NCBI GenBank assembly: GCA_902764145.1
Contig: CACWUS010000002.1
Span: 69,493 to 133,492, forward strand
Direction: 5' to 3'
From: an uncultured Erysipelotrichaceae bacterium
Lineage (GTDB): Bacteria; Bacillota_I; Bacilli_A; RF39; UBA660
Length of the DNA stretch: 64,000 nucleotides
The stretch's first letter is position 1. Each line of letters starts with the position of its first letter. Under the pieces are notes generated by a model. The model saw nothing but the letters and a program-made list of their open reading frames with translations, ran no database searches and was not told where the DNA came from. Of this stretch, positions 45,986-56,206 are shown one piece after another. A program made the translations under genes and the position numbers.

Positions 45986-47789
45986 TGTGATAGTTAAAGG
46001 TTCAAAAATAAATGATAGATATCAAATCATTAAAACATTAGGTGAAGGTGGAATGGCTAATGTATATTTAGCTCATGATACAATTTTAGATAGAAATGTT
46101 GCAGTTAAAGTTTTAAGAGGAGACCTTGCAAATGATGAAAAGTTTGTTAGACGTTTTCAAAGAGAAGCTCTTTCTGCTTCAAGTTTATCTCATCCTAATA
46201 TAGTTGAAATGTATGATGTTGGTGAAGATGATGGGCAATATTATATTGTTATGGAATATGTAGATGGTAAAACATTAAAACAAGTGTTGAAATCTCGTGG
46301 AAAACTTTCTATAACAGAAGTAATAGATATTATGCTTCAACTAACAGATGGAATGGCTCATGCCCATGATGCATATATTATTCACAGAGATATTAAGCCA
46401 CAAAACATAATGATACTTTCAAATGGTATGATAAAAATTACTGACTTTGGTGTAGCTGCTTCACTTAATTCAACACAGCTTACACAAACAAATTCAGTAA
46501 TGGGAACAGTTCATTATTTACCTCCAGAACAAGCTCAAGGAAAAGGTTCAACAATTAAAAGTGATATATATTCAATGGGTATAATGATGTATGAGTTATT
46601 AACAGGACTTGTTCCATATAAAGGAGATAATGCTGTAGAAATAGCATTAAAACATTTAAAAGAACCAGTTCCAAGTGTTAGAAAAGTTGATCCAACTATA
46701 CCACAATCTATTGAAAATATTATAATTCGTGCTACTGCTAAGAATCCTAAAAATAGATATACAGATGCTAGAAGTATGCATGAAGACTTAAAAACAGCTT
46801 TAGATGATTCAAGAAAAGATGAAAAAAAATATGTATATAAATATCCAGAAAACGATGGAGAAGAAACAAAAAAATTGGAAGCTACAAAAGAGGTAGTTAA
46901 AAAACAAGAAACTGCCAAAAAAGAAGACAAAGTAAAAAAAGTTGAGAAAGATATTGATGAAGATTTTTTAGATGATGATGAACCAAAGGGTAAAAAGACT
47001 TTAATAATTTTCTTAAGTATATTTGCTGCGCTTGCGCTTGTAACTGTAATTGTTATGTCTAAAATACTAGGAAACCTAGATGGTAATGAGAAAAAAGAAG
47101 TTCCAAATGTTTCAGGTAAAACAATAAATGACGCTACTAATGAATTACTTGATGTTGGATTTGATGTTGATCCAGAATATAAGTATGAAGCAAGTGAAAC
47201 TATAGAAAAAGGTTTAGTTGTTAGAACTAGTCCTGAAGGTGGAAAGACTAGAAAGACTAGTGTTAAAGTTATTCTTTATGTATCTAGTGGAGAGGCGACA
47301 TATATAGTAGAAGATTTTACTGGTCAAAATTACTTAGAAGCAAAAGGTAAAATTGAAGCACAATGTGATTGTAATGTTTCTGTTGAAACAGAAAAAGTAA
47401 GTGAAAAAGATAAGAAAAAAGAAGATACAGTTTTAAGAACAGAACCAGCAGCTGGAGAATCAAGCAAATTAGGTTCTCAAATAACAATTTTTATTCCAGA
47501 AGTAGAATATAAATATCCTGACTTTACAAGTGGATACACTGTAGATAAAGTAGAAAAATATGCAAAAGATCATGATATTAAATTAGAAGTAACTTATCAA
47601 GAAAATTCATCTAAACCAGAGGGTACAATTGTAAAACAAAGTAGAGCAGCTGGAAGTATTGTTACACCAGGCGCAACGCTTGTAATTACAGTAACTACTA
47701 AGCCAGAAGAAACAACACATGTTGATGATGAAGAAATACCATCACAAGATGTTGTTGATGATACAGAAGATAACAATTCAGGGGAGTAA
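45975..47789 (+). CDS. prkC: Ser/Thr protein kinase with TM and PASTA repeats
   Basis: GEGGMANVYLA, HRDIKPQN, DFGVA, single TM IIFLSIFAALALVTVIVM, extracellular PASTA-like repeats. Confidence 0.85.
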   Translation: MVNSVIVKGSKINDRYQIIKTLGEGGMANVYLAHDTILDRNVAVKVLRGDLANDEKFVRRFQREALSASSLSHPNIVEMYDVGEDDGQYYIVMEYVDGKTLKQVLKSRGKLSITEVIDIMLQLTDGMAHAHDAYIIHRDIKPQNIMILSNGMIKITDFGVAASLNSTQLTQTNSVMGTVHYLPPEQAQGKGSTIKSDIYSMGIMMYELLTGLVPYKGDNAVEIALKHLKEPVPSVRKVDPTIPQSIENIIIRATAKNPKNRYTDARSMHEDLKTALDDSRKDEKKYVYKYPENDGEETKKLEATKEVVKKQETAKKEDKVKKVEKDIDEDFLDDDEPKGKKTLIIFLSIFAALALVTVIVMSKILGNLDGNEKKEVPNVSGKTINDATNELLDVGFDVDPEYKYEASETIEKGLVVRTSPEGGKTRKTSVKVILYVSSGEATYIVEDFTGQNYLEAKGKIEAQCDCNVSVETEKVSEKDKKKEDTVLRTEPAAGESSKLGSQITIFIPEVEYKYPDFTSGYTVDKVEKYAKDHDIKLEVTYQENSSKPEGTIVKQSRAAGSIVTPGATLVITVTTKPEETTHVDDEEIPSQDVVDDTEDNNSGE

Positions 47790-47790
47790 T

Positions 47791-48636
47791 ATGAAAGGTA
47801 GAATTATTTGTATTAATGCAGCTATACATAAAGTATTATTAGAAAATAATACTATTATGGATACTAAGACTAGAGGAAAAATAAGAAATGAAAAAATAGT
47901 TCCTGTAGTCGGAGATATAGTGGTTGTTAATACTGATACTAAAACTATTGAGAAAGTTGAAACTAGAAAAAACTATTTAGAAAGACCACTTATAGCAAAT
48001 ATAGATAAATTATTAATTGTTATGAGTACATCTATTCCTAGTTTTTCTAGTTACTTAATAGATAAATTTTTAATAATAGCTTATTCAAATAATATAGAAC
48101 CTATAATAGTTATAACTAAAACAGATATGATTTCTATGAAAGAAAAATCTGATATAAAAAAATATATTAACTATTATAGACATTTAGGAATTAAAGTATA
48201 TATTAATACTAGTGTTAGTAAAATAAAGAAAGAGTTTTCTGCATCAGTTGTTGCTTTATGTGGACAAACTGGAGCGGGAAAATCTAGTTTATTAAATCGA
48301 ATAGATGCATCACTTTCTCTTAAGACTGGAGAAGTATCAGAATCTCTTGGAAGAGGTAAACATACAACTAGACTAGTGGAATTATTAGAAGTAAATAATG
48401 GTTTAATAGCTGATACTCCTGGATTTAGTTCACTTGATATTAATATTGATAAAAAAGATATTAAAAAGTATTATAAAGACTTTAATAAGCCATGTAAATA
48501 TAGAACATGTTTACATATAAAAGAAGATGGATGTGCAATAATTGATTTAAAAAATAAAGGAAAAATACCAGAGTGGAGATATAATAATTATATAAAATTT
48601 ATTGAAGAAGCAAACAAGAACAAGCAGGTATTTTAG
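47791..48636 (+). CDS. rsgA: Ribosome small-subunit-dependent GTPase A
   Basis: GQTGAGKSSLLN, DTPGF, C-terminal zinc knuckle CKYRTCLHIKEDGC. Start at the ATG after the GGGGAG RBS. Confidence 0.8.
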   Translation: MKGRIICINAAIHKVLLENNTIMDTKTRGKIRNEKIVPVVGDIVVVNTDTKTIEKVETRKNYLERPLIANIDKLLIVMSTSIPSFSSYLIDKFLIIAYSNNIEPIIVITKTDMISMKEKSDIKKYINYYRHLGIKVYINTSVSKIKKEFSASVVALCGQTGAGKSSLLNRIDASLSLKTGEVSESLGRGKHTTRLVELLEVNNGLIADTPGFSSLDINIDKKDIKKYYKDFNKPCKYRTCLHIKEDGCAIIDLKNKGKIPEWRYNNYIKFIEEANKNKQVF

Positions 48637-48664
48637 ACTTGCTTGTTTTCTATAAGAGGTATAT

Positions 48665-50230
48665 ATGAGTGAAGAAGAACTACTAGAAAAGAACGTTAGT
48701 GGACTTAGCAAATTAGAAATAATATTGATAGCTAAAGGTACACCTGATTGTGATTGGTATACTAAAACAGAAAGCTTAGATATTATCTGTAAATATAAAA
48801 GATTTGATTTATTAGAGTTTGCAGTTCCAAGTGGTTTATTATTAAGATATAAAACCATTAATGAAACATATTTAGATTATATTCTAGATTGTTTTAATAA
48901 TGGAGATAAAGTAAATTTAGATTCATTTTCACCAGAGTTATATGTTTCTCAATTAAATCAAATAGCTGAATATTATATTACTTTTGCAAGACACAATTTA
49001 ATAGAATATATTTCACCAATTACTAAAGAAGAACTATTTAGAAAGAAAAAAGGAAAAAGATTAATAGATGTTTTATTTGAAAATGACTCTAAAACAACAG
49101 TAGATAAAATAATACCTGATTATTTAAAAAAAGATTTTGATGTTGCAATTTGTTTAAAACAAAATGGTTTAATTCAGTCAGATATCGATTTACCTATTAA
49201 AGAAGATAATTTTACACAAATATATTTAGATGAATTTTATTCAAAATATAATATATCTATATTAAGTGATGATGCATTAGCCTTATTAGATGTTGTAAAA
49301 TCATTTTTATTGGATGATGGAAAAAGTGATGAAACACTAGTAGATTTATTAATTAAATCATATGGATATCAAATATCAAGTGGTAATCCATATGCATTAA
49401 GAGAACTAGAACAGCTTTCATATATTAAACTTAATAATCCAGAATTTAGATTAACAAAAGGTAAGGTTAATTGCTTTTATGATGGAAGAAATGAAGTAAT
49501 AATGAATGAAAATGTTATAAACACAATTAATCATGAAATAGGACATGCATTATTTCATTTACTAGCTGGCTCAGAAGTCCCATCTTGGTATAAAGAAGCA
49601 AAAAACAGAATAAAAAGCAATCCAAGTACATTATTAAAAGTTAGTGAATTATCAAATACATATGAAAGAATAAAAAAAGAAATACTAGTAAGAATAAATA
49701 AATATTATGAAACTCTAGATTTTGATGAAGAAGATATACAAAGGTTTATAGACACAGAAAAAGCAAAGAAAATTGAACTATATAGACAAAAGGGTTTTAG
49801 TGATGAAGATTTAGAATTATTATTTAATAAAGAGTTTAATATTAAAAATTATGAGCAACAGCACAAAAGAATTAAAACTGCTGAAATGAAAGATGTAATG
49901 ATAAGATGTGAATATGGATATCTAATCGCAGTTTGTGATATTGTTGATGCTATATTTGAAGGACAATACTGGGATGGTAAATTAATGTTACCAGGAAACA
50001 AATCTATAGAGCCAACATCTGGTCATGGAATATATTATTATATGGATGAAACAAACCAATTTGATGAAATAATTGCAAACTATTCACAAATATTGAAGTC
50101 ACCTAATAGAAAAGAAGGATTGGAACTTTTAGAAAATGTATTAGGAATAGAATTTGCAAATAAATTAAAAGAATATTATGAACAGAATATAGTTTATTCA
50201 AAAACATATGAAGGAGAAATGAAATTATGA
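48665..50230 (+). CDS. Cytoplasmic protein with HEIGH zincin motif, unknown family
   Basis: 521 aa, no signal peptide. INHEIGHALFH. Sits between rsgA and rpe. Confidence 0.4.
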   Translation: MSEEELLEKNVSGLSKLEIILIAKGTPDCDWYTKTESLDIICKYKRFDLLEFAVPSGLLLRYKTINETYLDYILDCFNNGDKVNLDSFSPELYVSQLNQIAEYYITFARHNLIEYISPITKEELFRKKKGKRLIDVLFENDSKTTVDKIIPDYLKKDFDVAICLKQNGLIQSDIDLPIKEDNFTQIYLDEFYSKYNISILSDDALALLDVVKSFLLDDGKSDETLVDLLIKSYGYQISSGNPYALRELEQLSYIKLNNPEFRLTKGKVNCFYDGRNEVIMNENVINTINHEIGHALFHLLAGSEVPSWYKEAKNRIKSNPSTLLKVSELSNTYERIKKEILVRINKYYETLDFDEEDIQRFIDTEKAKKIELYRQKGFSDEDLELLFNKEFNIKNYEQQHKRIKTAEMKDVMIRCEYGYLIAVCDIVDAIFEGQYWDGKLMLPGNKSIEPTSGHGIYYYMDETNQFDEIIANYSQILKSPNRKEGLELLENVLGIEFANKLKEYYEQNIVYSKTYEGEMKL

Positions 50231-50862
50231 AAGTAAGTGTATCAATACTGTCTAGTAGTATAAAAGCAAGTGATATTGTAAAAAAATTAGATAATACAAA
50301 AGCAGACTATATACATCTTGATATTATGGATGGAAAATTTGTAGAAAATAAAACATGGACATTTTCTGAAATAAAGAAGATTACTAGTTATTCTAAATTA
50401 CCATTAGATGTTCATTTAATGGTAAATAATCCAGAAAAATATATAGAAGACTATGCTATGTTAAATACAACGTACTTAGCTTTTCATTATGAAGCAGTTA
50501 AAGATGTTAATAAGATGATAAATTTAGTAAAAAATTATGGATTAAAAGTTGGAATAGCAATTAATCCGGAAACAAGTGAAGAAGTAGTTTATCCATATTT
50601 AAAAGAGATTGATGAAGTACTTGTTATGAGTGTACATCCTGGTAAAAGTGGACAAACATTCATTGATTCTTCAATTAATAAAATTAAAAATATAAAAGAT
50701 GAAATTGTTAGACAAAATACAAAAACCATAGTATCAGTAGATGGTGGAATAAATGATGAAACAGCAGTTCTTTGTAAAGAAGCAGGAGTAGACACATTAA
50801 TTTCAGCTTCATATTTACATAACAATTTAAATGATAATATTAATAAATTAAAGAATATTTAA
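50227..50862 (+). CDS. rpe: Ribulose-phosphate 3-epimerase
   Basis: HLDIMDGKFV, LDVHLMV, SVHPG, VDGGIN. Confidence 0.85.
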   Translation: MKVSVSILSSSIKASDIVKKLDNTKADYIHLDIMDGKFVENKTWTFSEIKKITSYSKLPLDVHLMVNNPEKYIEDYAMLNTTYLAFHYEAVKDVNKMINLVKNYGLKVGIAINPETSEEVVYPYLKEIDEVLVMSVHPGKSGQTFIDSSINKIKNIKDEIVRQNTKTIVSVDGGINDETAVLCKEAGVDTLISASYLHNNLNDNINKLKNI

Positions 50863-50872
50863 GAGGTATTAT

Positions 50873-51082
50873 ATGGATGATGATTATAAATTATATTTAT
50901 TATCTGAATTAAGATATAAAGAAGAAAATAAAGATAAAACAGAAGAAGAAATATTTCCAGGTGACTGGTATAGTTCAAAAGATTATAATTTTAAAACAAA
51001 AATAATTTTAGAAGCAATGAAGAATAATATATTAATTAAAGAAACTAAATTGTACAAAGAGTTTCAAGAACATGTAAATTAA
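50873..51082 (+). CDS. Small hypothetical protein
   Basis: 69 aa. Followed by the terminator CATCTTTAAAAAAGATG plus T8 (51083..51107). Confidence 0.35.
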   Translation: MDDDYKLYLLSELRYKEENKDKTEEEIFPGDWYSSKDYNFKTKIILEAMKNNILIKETKLYKEFQEHVN

Positions 51083-51112
51083 CATCTTTAAAAAAGATGT
51101 TTTTTTTATGTT

Positions 51113-51171
51113 AAAAAAGAAGTGTTTTAGTATTTCTATAGCTAATTATATTAATAGGAGGATAAAAAATG
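51113..51171 (+). repeat. Repeat R1: 58-nt 5' UTR module AAAAAAGAAGTGTTTTAGTATTTCTATAGCTAATTATATTAATAGGAGGATAAAAAATG
   Basis: Near-identical copy at 51953..52011. Core AAAAAGAAGTGTTTTA also at 63709. Confidence 0.8.
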
Positions 51172-51969
51172 AATAATAATATATTTGAACAAATTAAACA
51201 CACTGATGAAAACGGAAATGAATACTGGGAAGCTAGAGAATTGATGATAGTGTTAGATTACAACAAATGGGAAAATTTTCACAAAGTAATTAAAAAAGCA
51301 AAAAATACATGTATTAATAGTAATATTAATATTAATGAACACTTTCTTGACATCAAGAAACCGATTAAAGGTGGCAATGGAAATATTCAAAATGTGGTTG
51401 ATTATAAGCTATCAAGATATGCGTGTTATTTAATTGCACAAAATTCAGATTCAAGAAAAAAAGTGATTGCACTTGCTCAAACATATTTTGCTATCCAAAC
51501 TAGGCGACAAGAATTATTTGAAAAAGAATATAATTTACTTACTGAAGATGAAAAAAGGTTATATCAAAGAGGTTTGACTAAAAAAAGAAATTATTCATTA
51601 AATAAAACTGCTGCCTTATTAGGAGTAAAAAACTTTGGCAAGTTTCATGATGCAGGGTATATGGGATTGTATGGAGGTGAAACAGCAAATGATATTGCTA
51701 AAAGAAAAGAACTTAAATACAGAGAAGAAATACTTGATAATATGGGTAGTGAAGAACTTACTGATAATTAATTTAGAATTGTTCAAACAGAATCAATATT
51801 AAAAAAGATGATATAAAAGGAGAAAAAAATGCAAGTGCCACACATAACAAAATAGGAAAGATAGTTAGAAATGCAATACTTGAAGCAGGTGGAACTATGC
51901 CAGAAGAACTCTTGACACCTAACAAAAGTATAAAAGAAATAGAAAAAGATATAAAAAAAGAAGTGTTTT
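51169..51969 (+). pseudogene. dinD: dinD-like (DNA-damage-inducible protein D family) gene disrupted by an in-frame stop and a frameshift
   Basis: The 51169..51771 ORF (FEQIKHTDENGNEYWEARELM...YACYLIAQNSDSRKK...AQTYFAIQTRRQE) matches DinD as recalled. TAA at 51769. Homology continues after it in the same frame (FRIVQTESILKK). It continues in the +1 frame after the A-run at about 51801 (KDDIKGEKNASATHNKIGKIVRNAILEAGGTMPEELLTPNKSIKEIEKD). Confidence 0.5.
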
Positions 51970-52011
51970 AGTATTTCTATGGCTAATTATATTAATAGGA
52001 GGATAAGAATG
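51953..52011 (+). repeat. Repeat R2 (copy of the R1 5' UTR module)
   Basis: AAAAAAAGAAGTGTTTTAGTATTTCTATGGCTAATTATATTAATAGGAGGATAAGAATG. Two mismatches versus R1. Begins inside the dinD-like C-terminal coding remnant. Confidence 0.8.
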
Positions 52012-54081
52012 CTAAATAAAAAACATTTCGTTAAACAATCCGGTCTCAAAGATTGTGCATCTGCATGTTTACTCACTATTATGAATTATTATGGATTCAA
52101 CACATCACTAGATGAAGTATCATACATATTAAAAACAAATAATTCAGGAACAAATGCATTAAACATAATAAATGGATGCAAAGTATTTGGGTTTGATGGA
52201 TATGGAATACATTATAGTTATGAAGAAATAATTAATAATAAAGTTAATATGCCAATAATATGTCATACAATGAAAAATAATATGTTTCATTTTATAGTTG
52301 TTTTTAGTTCTAATAAAAAATATTTATTAATTAATGATCCCTCTTCAAATATAAATAAAATAACACATGATTATTTTAAAAAGATTTATTTAAATACTTC
52401 ACTTGTTATATATCCAATAAAGATACAAAATAATATTAATAGTAGTAAATCGTTATATAGTTTTATATTTGATTATATTAAATTAGAAAAAAATAAGATA
52501 ATAAAAAACATATTACTTTCATTTATGTTTATATTATTATCAATATTATCAAATTATTATTTATTAATAATATTAGATATTATTCTTCCCCAATATAATT
52601 ATAAATTATTTATATTTATAACAATTTGTTTTTTAAATATTTATATTATAAAAAATCTGTTATTTTTTTATAGAGAAAGAAGTACATTTTCTATTGAAAA
52701 TAATATATATAAAAAAATAAACTTAAATATTATAAATAGCATATTTAATCTTCCTTATAATTTCTTTAAATCCAAATCCACTTCAGAAGTACAAACTAGA
52801 ATTGATGATATTAAAATCATAAAATCATATTTATCTAAAACTATAGTTGCTATTAGTATGGATACTACTTTTATAATTATTAGCTCCCTAATATTAATAA
52901 GCATTAATATTAAATTATTTATCATTTGTTTAATAGAAATACTATTATACTTTCTTATATACTTATTGTTTAAGAATAATTATATAGTTAAATGTGAGGA
53001 GGTGTTAGAAAGTGAGAGTGAATATAATAAGCAATTATATGAAAGTATAAATGGATATGAAGTAAATAGAAATTTAAATATTATTAATGAGCAAAATAAG
53101 AGAGTTGAAATAAGTTTTATAAGATATATTAATAAAATAAATAATTATGAAAATATTACAAATAAAGAACTATTATTTAAAAAAATGATAGAAGATATAT
53201 TCTATATTAGCTTAATATTTATTGGAATTACATTTGTTAATAGTAATGATATAACATTAGGTAGTTTTATACTATTTAGTAGTCTTCTATATTATTTTAG
53301 TGAGCCCATTAAAAATATTATTGACTTAAAAAATAATTTGATATATTTGAAAAATGCCTATAGAAGAATAAATGATTTATTACTATTTAGAAAAGAAAAA
53401 ATGATAGTAAAAAAACAACAATTAAATAAAAATATTATTATTGATAATTTAAGCTATAGTATAGATGGTTTAAAATATTTATTTGAAAATGTTAGTTTTG
53501 AAATTAAATATGGTGAAAAATTATTAATATATGGTAATAGTGGAAGTGGTAAAAGTACATTAATAAAAATTATTCTAAAATATTTAAATGAATATAAAGG
53601 TAATATATATTTTGATAATGTTAATTTAAAAGATATAAGTGAATACGTAATAAGCTATAATTTTACATATGTATCTCAAAACAATTTTATTAATAATGAT
53701 ACACTTAAGAATAATATTATTCTTGATAGAAATGTTTCAGAAGATGAATATGAAAAAGTAATAAATATTTGTAATTTGAATAAGTTAAGAGATTCAAAAT
53801 TTAACAGAAATAATTTCATTATAGAAGATGATGGATTTAATATTTCTGGAGGAGAAAGACAAAAAATGATACTTGCAAGAAGTTTACTTAAAAAAAGTAA
53901 TTATATTGTACTTGATGAAGCATTAAGTGAAGTAGGATTTGAAGAAGAAAAAGATATAATAAACAAAATATTTGAGCATTTTAAAGATAAAACAATTATT
54001 TATATTTCACATAAAAAAGAAATAATTAATTTATTTAAAAACAAATATAAATTAGAAAGGAGTTGTGGTTATGTTAAGTGA
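52009..54081 (+). CDS. Bacteriocin-processing ABC transporter with N-terminal C39 peptidase domain (SunT/LagD/ComA-like)
   Basis: C39: GLKDCASACLLTIMNYYG (Cys), HFIVV (His), NDP (Asp). 6 TM. Walker A GNSGSGKST, signature ISGGERQK, Walker B IVLDEALS, H-loop. Confidence 0.8.
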   Translation: MLNKKHFVKQSGLKDCASACLLTIMNYYGFNTSLDEVSYILKTNNSGTNALNIINGCKVFGFDGYGIHYSYEEIINNKVNMPIICHTMKNNMFHFIVVFSSNKKYLLINDPSSNINKITHDYFKKIYLNTSLVIYPIKIQNNINSSKSLYSFIFDYIKLEKNKIIKNILLSFMFILLSILSNYYLLIILDIILPQYNYKLFIFITICFLNIYIIKNLLFFYRERSTFSIENNIYKKINLNIINSIFNLPYNFFKSKSTSEVQTRIDDIKIIKSYLSKTIVAISMDTTFIIISSLILISINIKLFIICLIEILLYFLIYLLFKNNYIVKCEEVLESESEYNKQLYESINGYEVNRNLNIINEQNKRVEISFIRYINKINNYENITNKELLFKKMIEDIFYISLIFIGITFVNSNDITLGSFILFSSLLYYFSEPIKNIIDLKNNLIYLKNAYRRINDLLLFRKEKMIVKKQQLNKNIIIDNLSYSIDGLKYLFENVSFEIKYGEKLLIYGNSGSGKSTLIKIILKYLNEYKGNIYFDNVNLKDISEYVISYNFTYVSQNNFINNDTLKNNIILDRNVSEDEYEKVINICNLNKLRDSKFNRNNFIIEDDGFNISGGERQKMILARSLLKKSNYIVLDEALSEVGFEEEKDIINKIFEHFKDKTIIYISHKKEIINLFKNKYKLERSCGYVK

Positions 54082-54202
54082 AGAAGAATTAAGAAGTATA
54101 CATGGAGGTTTTGCTAAAGGAGTTATAGTTAGTATAGCTAGTTATATTGTATCTTTTATAATTGGTGTATTTGATGGATATTATAGACCACTTGGCTGTT
54201 AA
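54071..54202 (+). CDS. Class IIb bacteriocin precursor peptide A (double-glycine leader)
   Basis: MLSEEELRSIHGG / FAKGVIVSIASYIVSFIIGVFDGYYRPLGC. Leader has L-12, E-8, L-7, I-4, GG. Mature peptide is hydrophobic with GVFDG (GxxxG). The ATG is 11 nt inside the 3' end of the transporter gene. Not in the ORF track (43 aa). Confidence 0.6.
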   Translation: MLSEEELRSIHGGFAKGVIVSIASYIVSFIIGVFDGYYRPLGC

Positions 54203-54203
54203 A

Positions 54204-54365
54204 ATGAATGAAATTGAACTATATAATATAAAAGGTGGCAGTACAATTAACTCAACTATGTTAAATGCTATTGTAAGAGCTTTTAATCTCTCTTTAGAAC
54301 TTGGAAGAATGCTTGGAAGTTATATTAGAAGAAAAAGAGATAAAAGATTATGTCCAATAAGATAG
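54204..54365 (+). CDS. Class IIb bacteriocin precursor peptide B (double-glycine leader)
   Basis: MNEIELYNIKGG / STINSTMLNAIVRAFNLSLELGRMLGSYIRRKRDKRLCPIR. Cationic mature peptide with GRMLG (GxxxG). The track's 54162 start is an N-terminal over-extension. Confidence 0.65.
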   Translation: MNEIELYNIKGGSTINSTMLNAIVRAFNLSLELGRMLGSYIRRKRDKRLCPIR

Positions 54366-54383
54366 GGAAAGCCCTATCTTTTT
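54361..54383 (+). terminator. Rho-independent terminator after the bacteriocin genes
   Basis: ATAGGGAAAGCCCTAT hairpin plus CTTTTT. Confidence 0.65.
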
Positions 54384-54402
54384 AATTGTTAACATTTAAA
54401 AG

Positions 54403-54430
54403 TTGACATATATTTTAATATTAGTATAAT
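54403..54430 (+). promoter_or_regulatory. Sigma-A promoter for the downstream ABC transporter pair
   Basis: TTGACA-16 nt-TATAAT. Confidence 0.6.
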
Positions 54431-54451
54431 TAATTAGGATTGAGGTGAAAT

Positions 54452-56206
54452 ATGTTAAATATATTAAAAAACTTTAATAAAAAAGAAATATTAGCAATAT
54501 TTATTTCATTCATATTTATAGTACTACAAGTATTTTTAGAGCTTAAAATACCAGATTATATGAGTAATATAACAACTCTTGTTCAAACTGGAAGTGAAAC
54601 ATCTAAAATATTAACTCAAGGTATATATATGCTTATATGTGCTTTTTTAAGTATGATTTGCGCTATTGTAGTAGGATATATAATTGCCAATAGCTGTTCA
54701 TCATTTTCTAAAAATATAAGAGAAAAATTGTTTAAAAAAGTTAGTTTGTTTAGTATGGAAGAAATAAAGAAATTTAATACAAGTAGTCTAATTACAAGAA
54801 CGACAAATGATGTTACTAATGTTGAATCATTTCTTATTATGGGACTTCAAACTATAATTAAAGCACCAGTTACTGCAGTATGGGCTATAATGAAAATACT
54901 AGGTAAGAATTTTACATGGACTATTATTACTGGTGGGGCAGTTGTTATATTATTAATTGGTGTAACTTTAATTATGACAACCGTATTACCAAGATTTAAA
55001 TTAATACAAAAAATGATAGATGGAGTAAATGAACTTACACGTGAAAATTTAAAAGGTATTAGAGTAATTAGAGCATTTAATGCAGAAAAATATCAAGAAA
55101 AGAAATTTGAACGTCAAAATGAAAAGCTTACAAATACTTTATTATTTACACAAAAAGTGATTGCTTTAATGTCACCAATGATGTATTTAATTATGAATGG
55201 TGTTGCATTATCTATTTATTTCTTTGGGGCATTTATAATAAATAATTCAGCAATTGAACTTAGAATTGATTTATTTAGTAGTATGATTATTTTTACTTCA
55301 TATGCTACACAAGTAATTATGTCATTTTTAATGTTTGCATTTATATTTGCTATGTATCCAAGAGCAGCTATATCTATAGATCGTATTAATGAAGTATTAA
55401 ATACAAAAACAAAAATTAAGAGTGGTAAACTAAGAAAATCTAAAACTAATCATGAAATAGAATTTATAAATGTAAGTTTTAAATATCCTGATTCAGAGGA
55501 ATATACATTAAAAGATATTTCATTTAAAGCACAGAGGGGTCAAATGATAGCTATTATTGGCTCTACTGGTAGTGGTAAAAGTACATTAATAAATTTAGTT
55601 CCTAGATTTTATGATGCTACTGAAGGAGTAATTCTAGTAGATGGTGTAAATATCAAAGAATATGATTTAGAATATTTATATGATAAAATTGGATATGTTC
55701 CTCAAAAAGCAGTTATGTTTAATGGAAGTGTTAATTATAATGTTTCTTATGGTAAAAAAGATAATTATAATATAACAGAAGATACAATAAAAGAAGCCAT
55801 TAAAGTAGCCCAAGCAGAAGATTTTGTACTTAAAATGGATAATACTTATGAATCAAATATTGCTGAAGGTGGCACAAATATATCAGGTGGTCAAAAACAA
55901 AGAATAGCAATTGCAAGAGCGATCGCAAGAGATCCAGAAATATATATATTTGATGATTCTTTTAGTGCACTTGATTATAAAACTGATTATATACTTAGAA
56001 GTGAACTTAAAAAATATACAAAAGATGCTATTAGTTTAGTAGTTGCATCTAGAATAGGTACAATAAAAAATGCTGATAAGATAATAGTTTTAGATAATGG
56101 TAAATGTGTAGGAATGGGAACTCATAAAGAATTACTTAAGAATTGTGAAGTGTATAAAGAAATAGCTTACTCACAACTATCAAAGGAGGAGCTTTTAAAT
56201 GAATAA
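54452..56206 (+). CDS. ABC exporter ATP-binding/permease protein (heterodimer partner 1)
   Basis: 6 TM. GSTGSGKSTL, ISGGQKQRIAIARA, IYIFDDSFSALD. Confidence 0.85.
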   Translation: MLNILKNFNKKEILAIFISFIFIVLQVFLELKIPDYMSNITTLVQTGSETSKILTQGIYMLICAFLSMICAIVVGYIIANSCSSFSKNIREKLFKKVSLFSMEEIKKFNTSSLITRTTNDVTNVESFLIMGLQTIIKAPVTAVWAIMKILGKNFTWTIITGGAVVILLIGVTLIMTTVLPRFKLIQKMIDGVNELTRENLKGIRVIRAFNAEKYQEKKFERQNEKLTNTLLFTQKVIALMSPMMYLIMNGVALSIYFFGAFIINNSAIELRIDLFSSMIIFTSYATQVIMSFLMFAFIFAMYPRAAISIDRINEVLNTKTKIKSGKLRKSKTNHEIEFINVSFKYPDSEEYTLKDISFKAQRGQMIAIIGSTGSGKSTLINLVPRFYDATEGVILVDGVNIKEYDLEYLYDKIGYVPQKAVMFNGSVNYNVSYGKKDNYNITEDTIKEAIKVAQAEDFVLKMDNTYESNIAEGGTNISGGQKQRIAIARAIARDPEIYIFDDSFSALDYKTDYILRSELKKYTKDAISLVVASRIGTIKNADKIIVLDNGKCVGMGTHKELLKNCEVYKEIAYSQLSKEELLNE

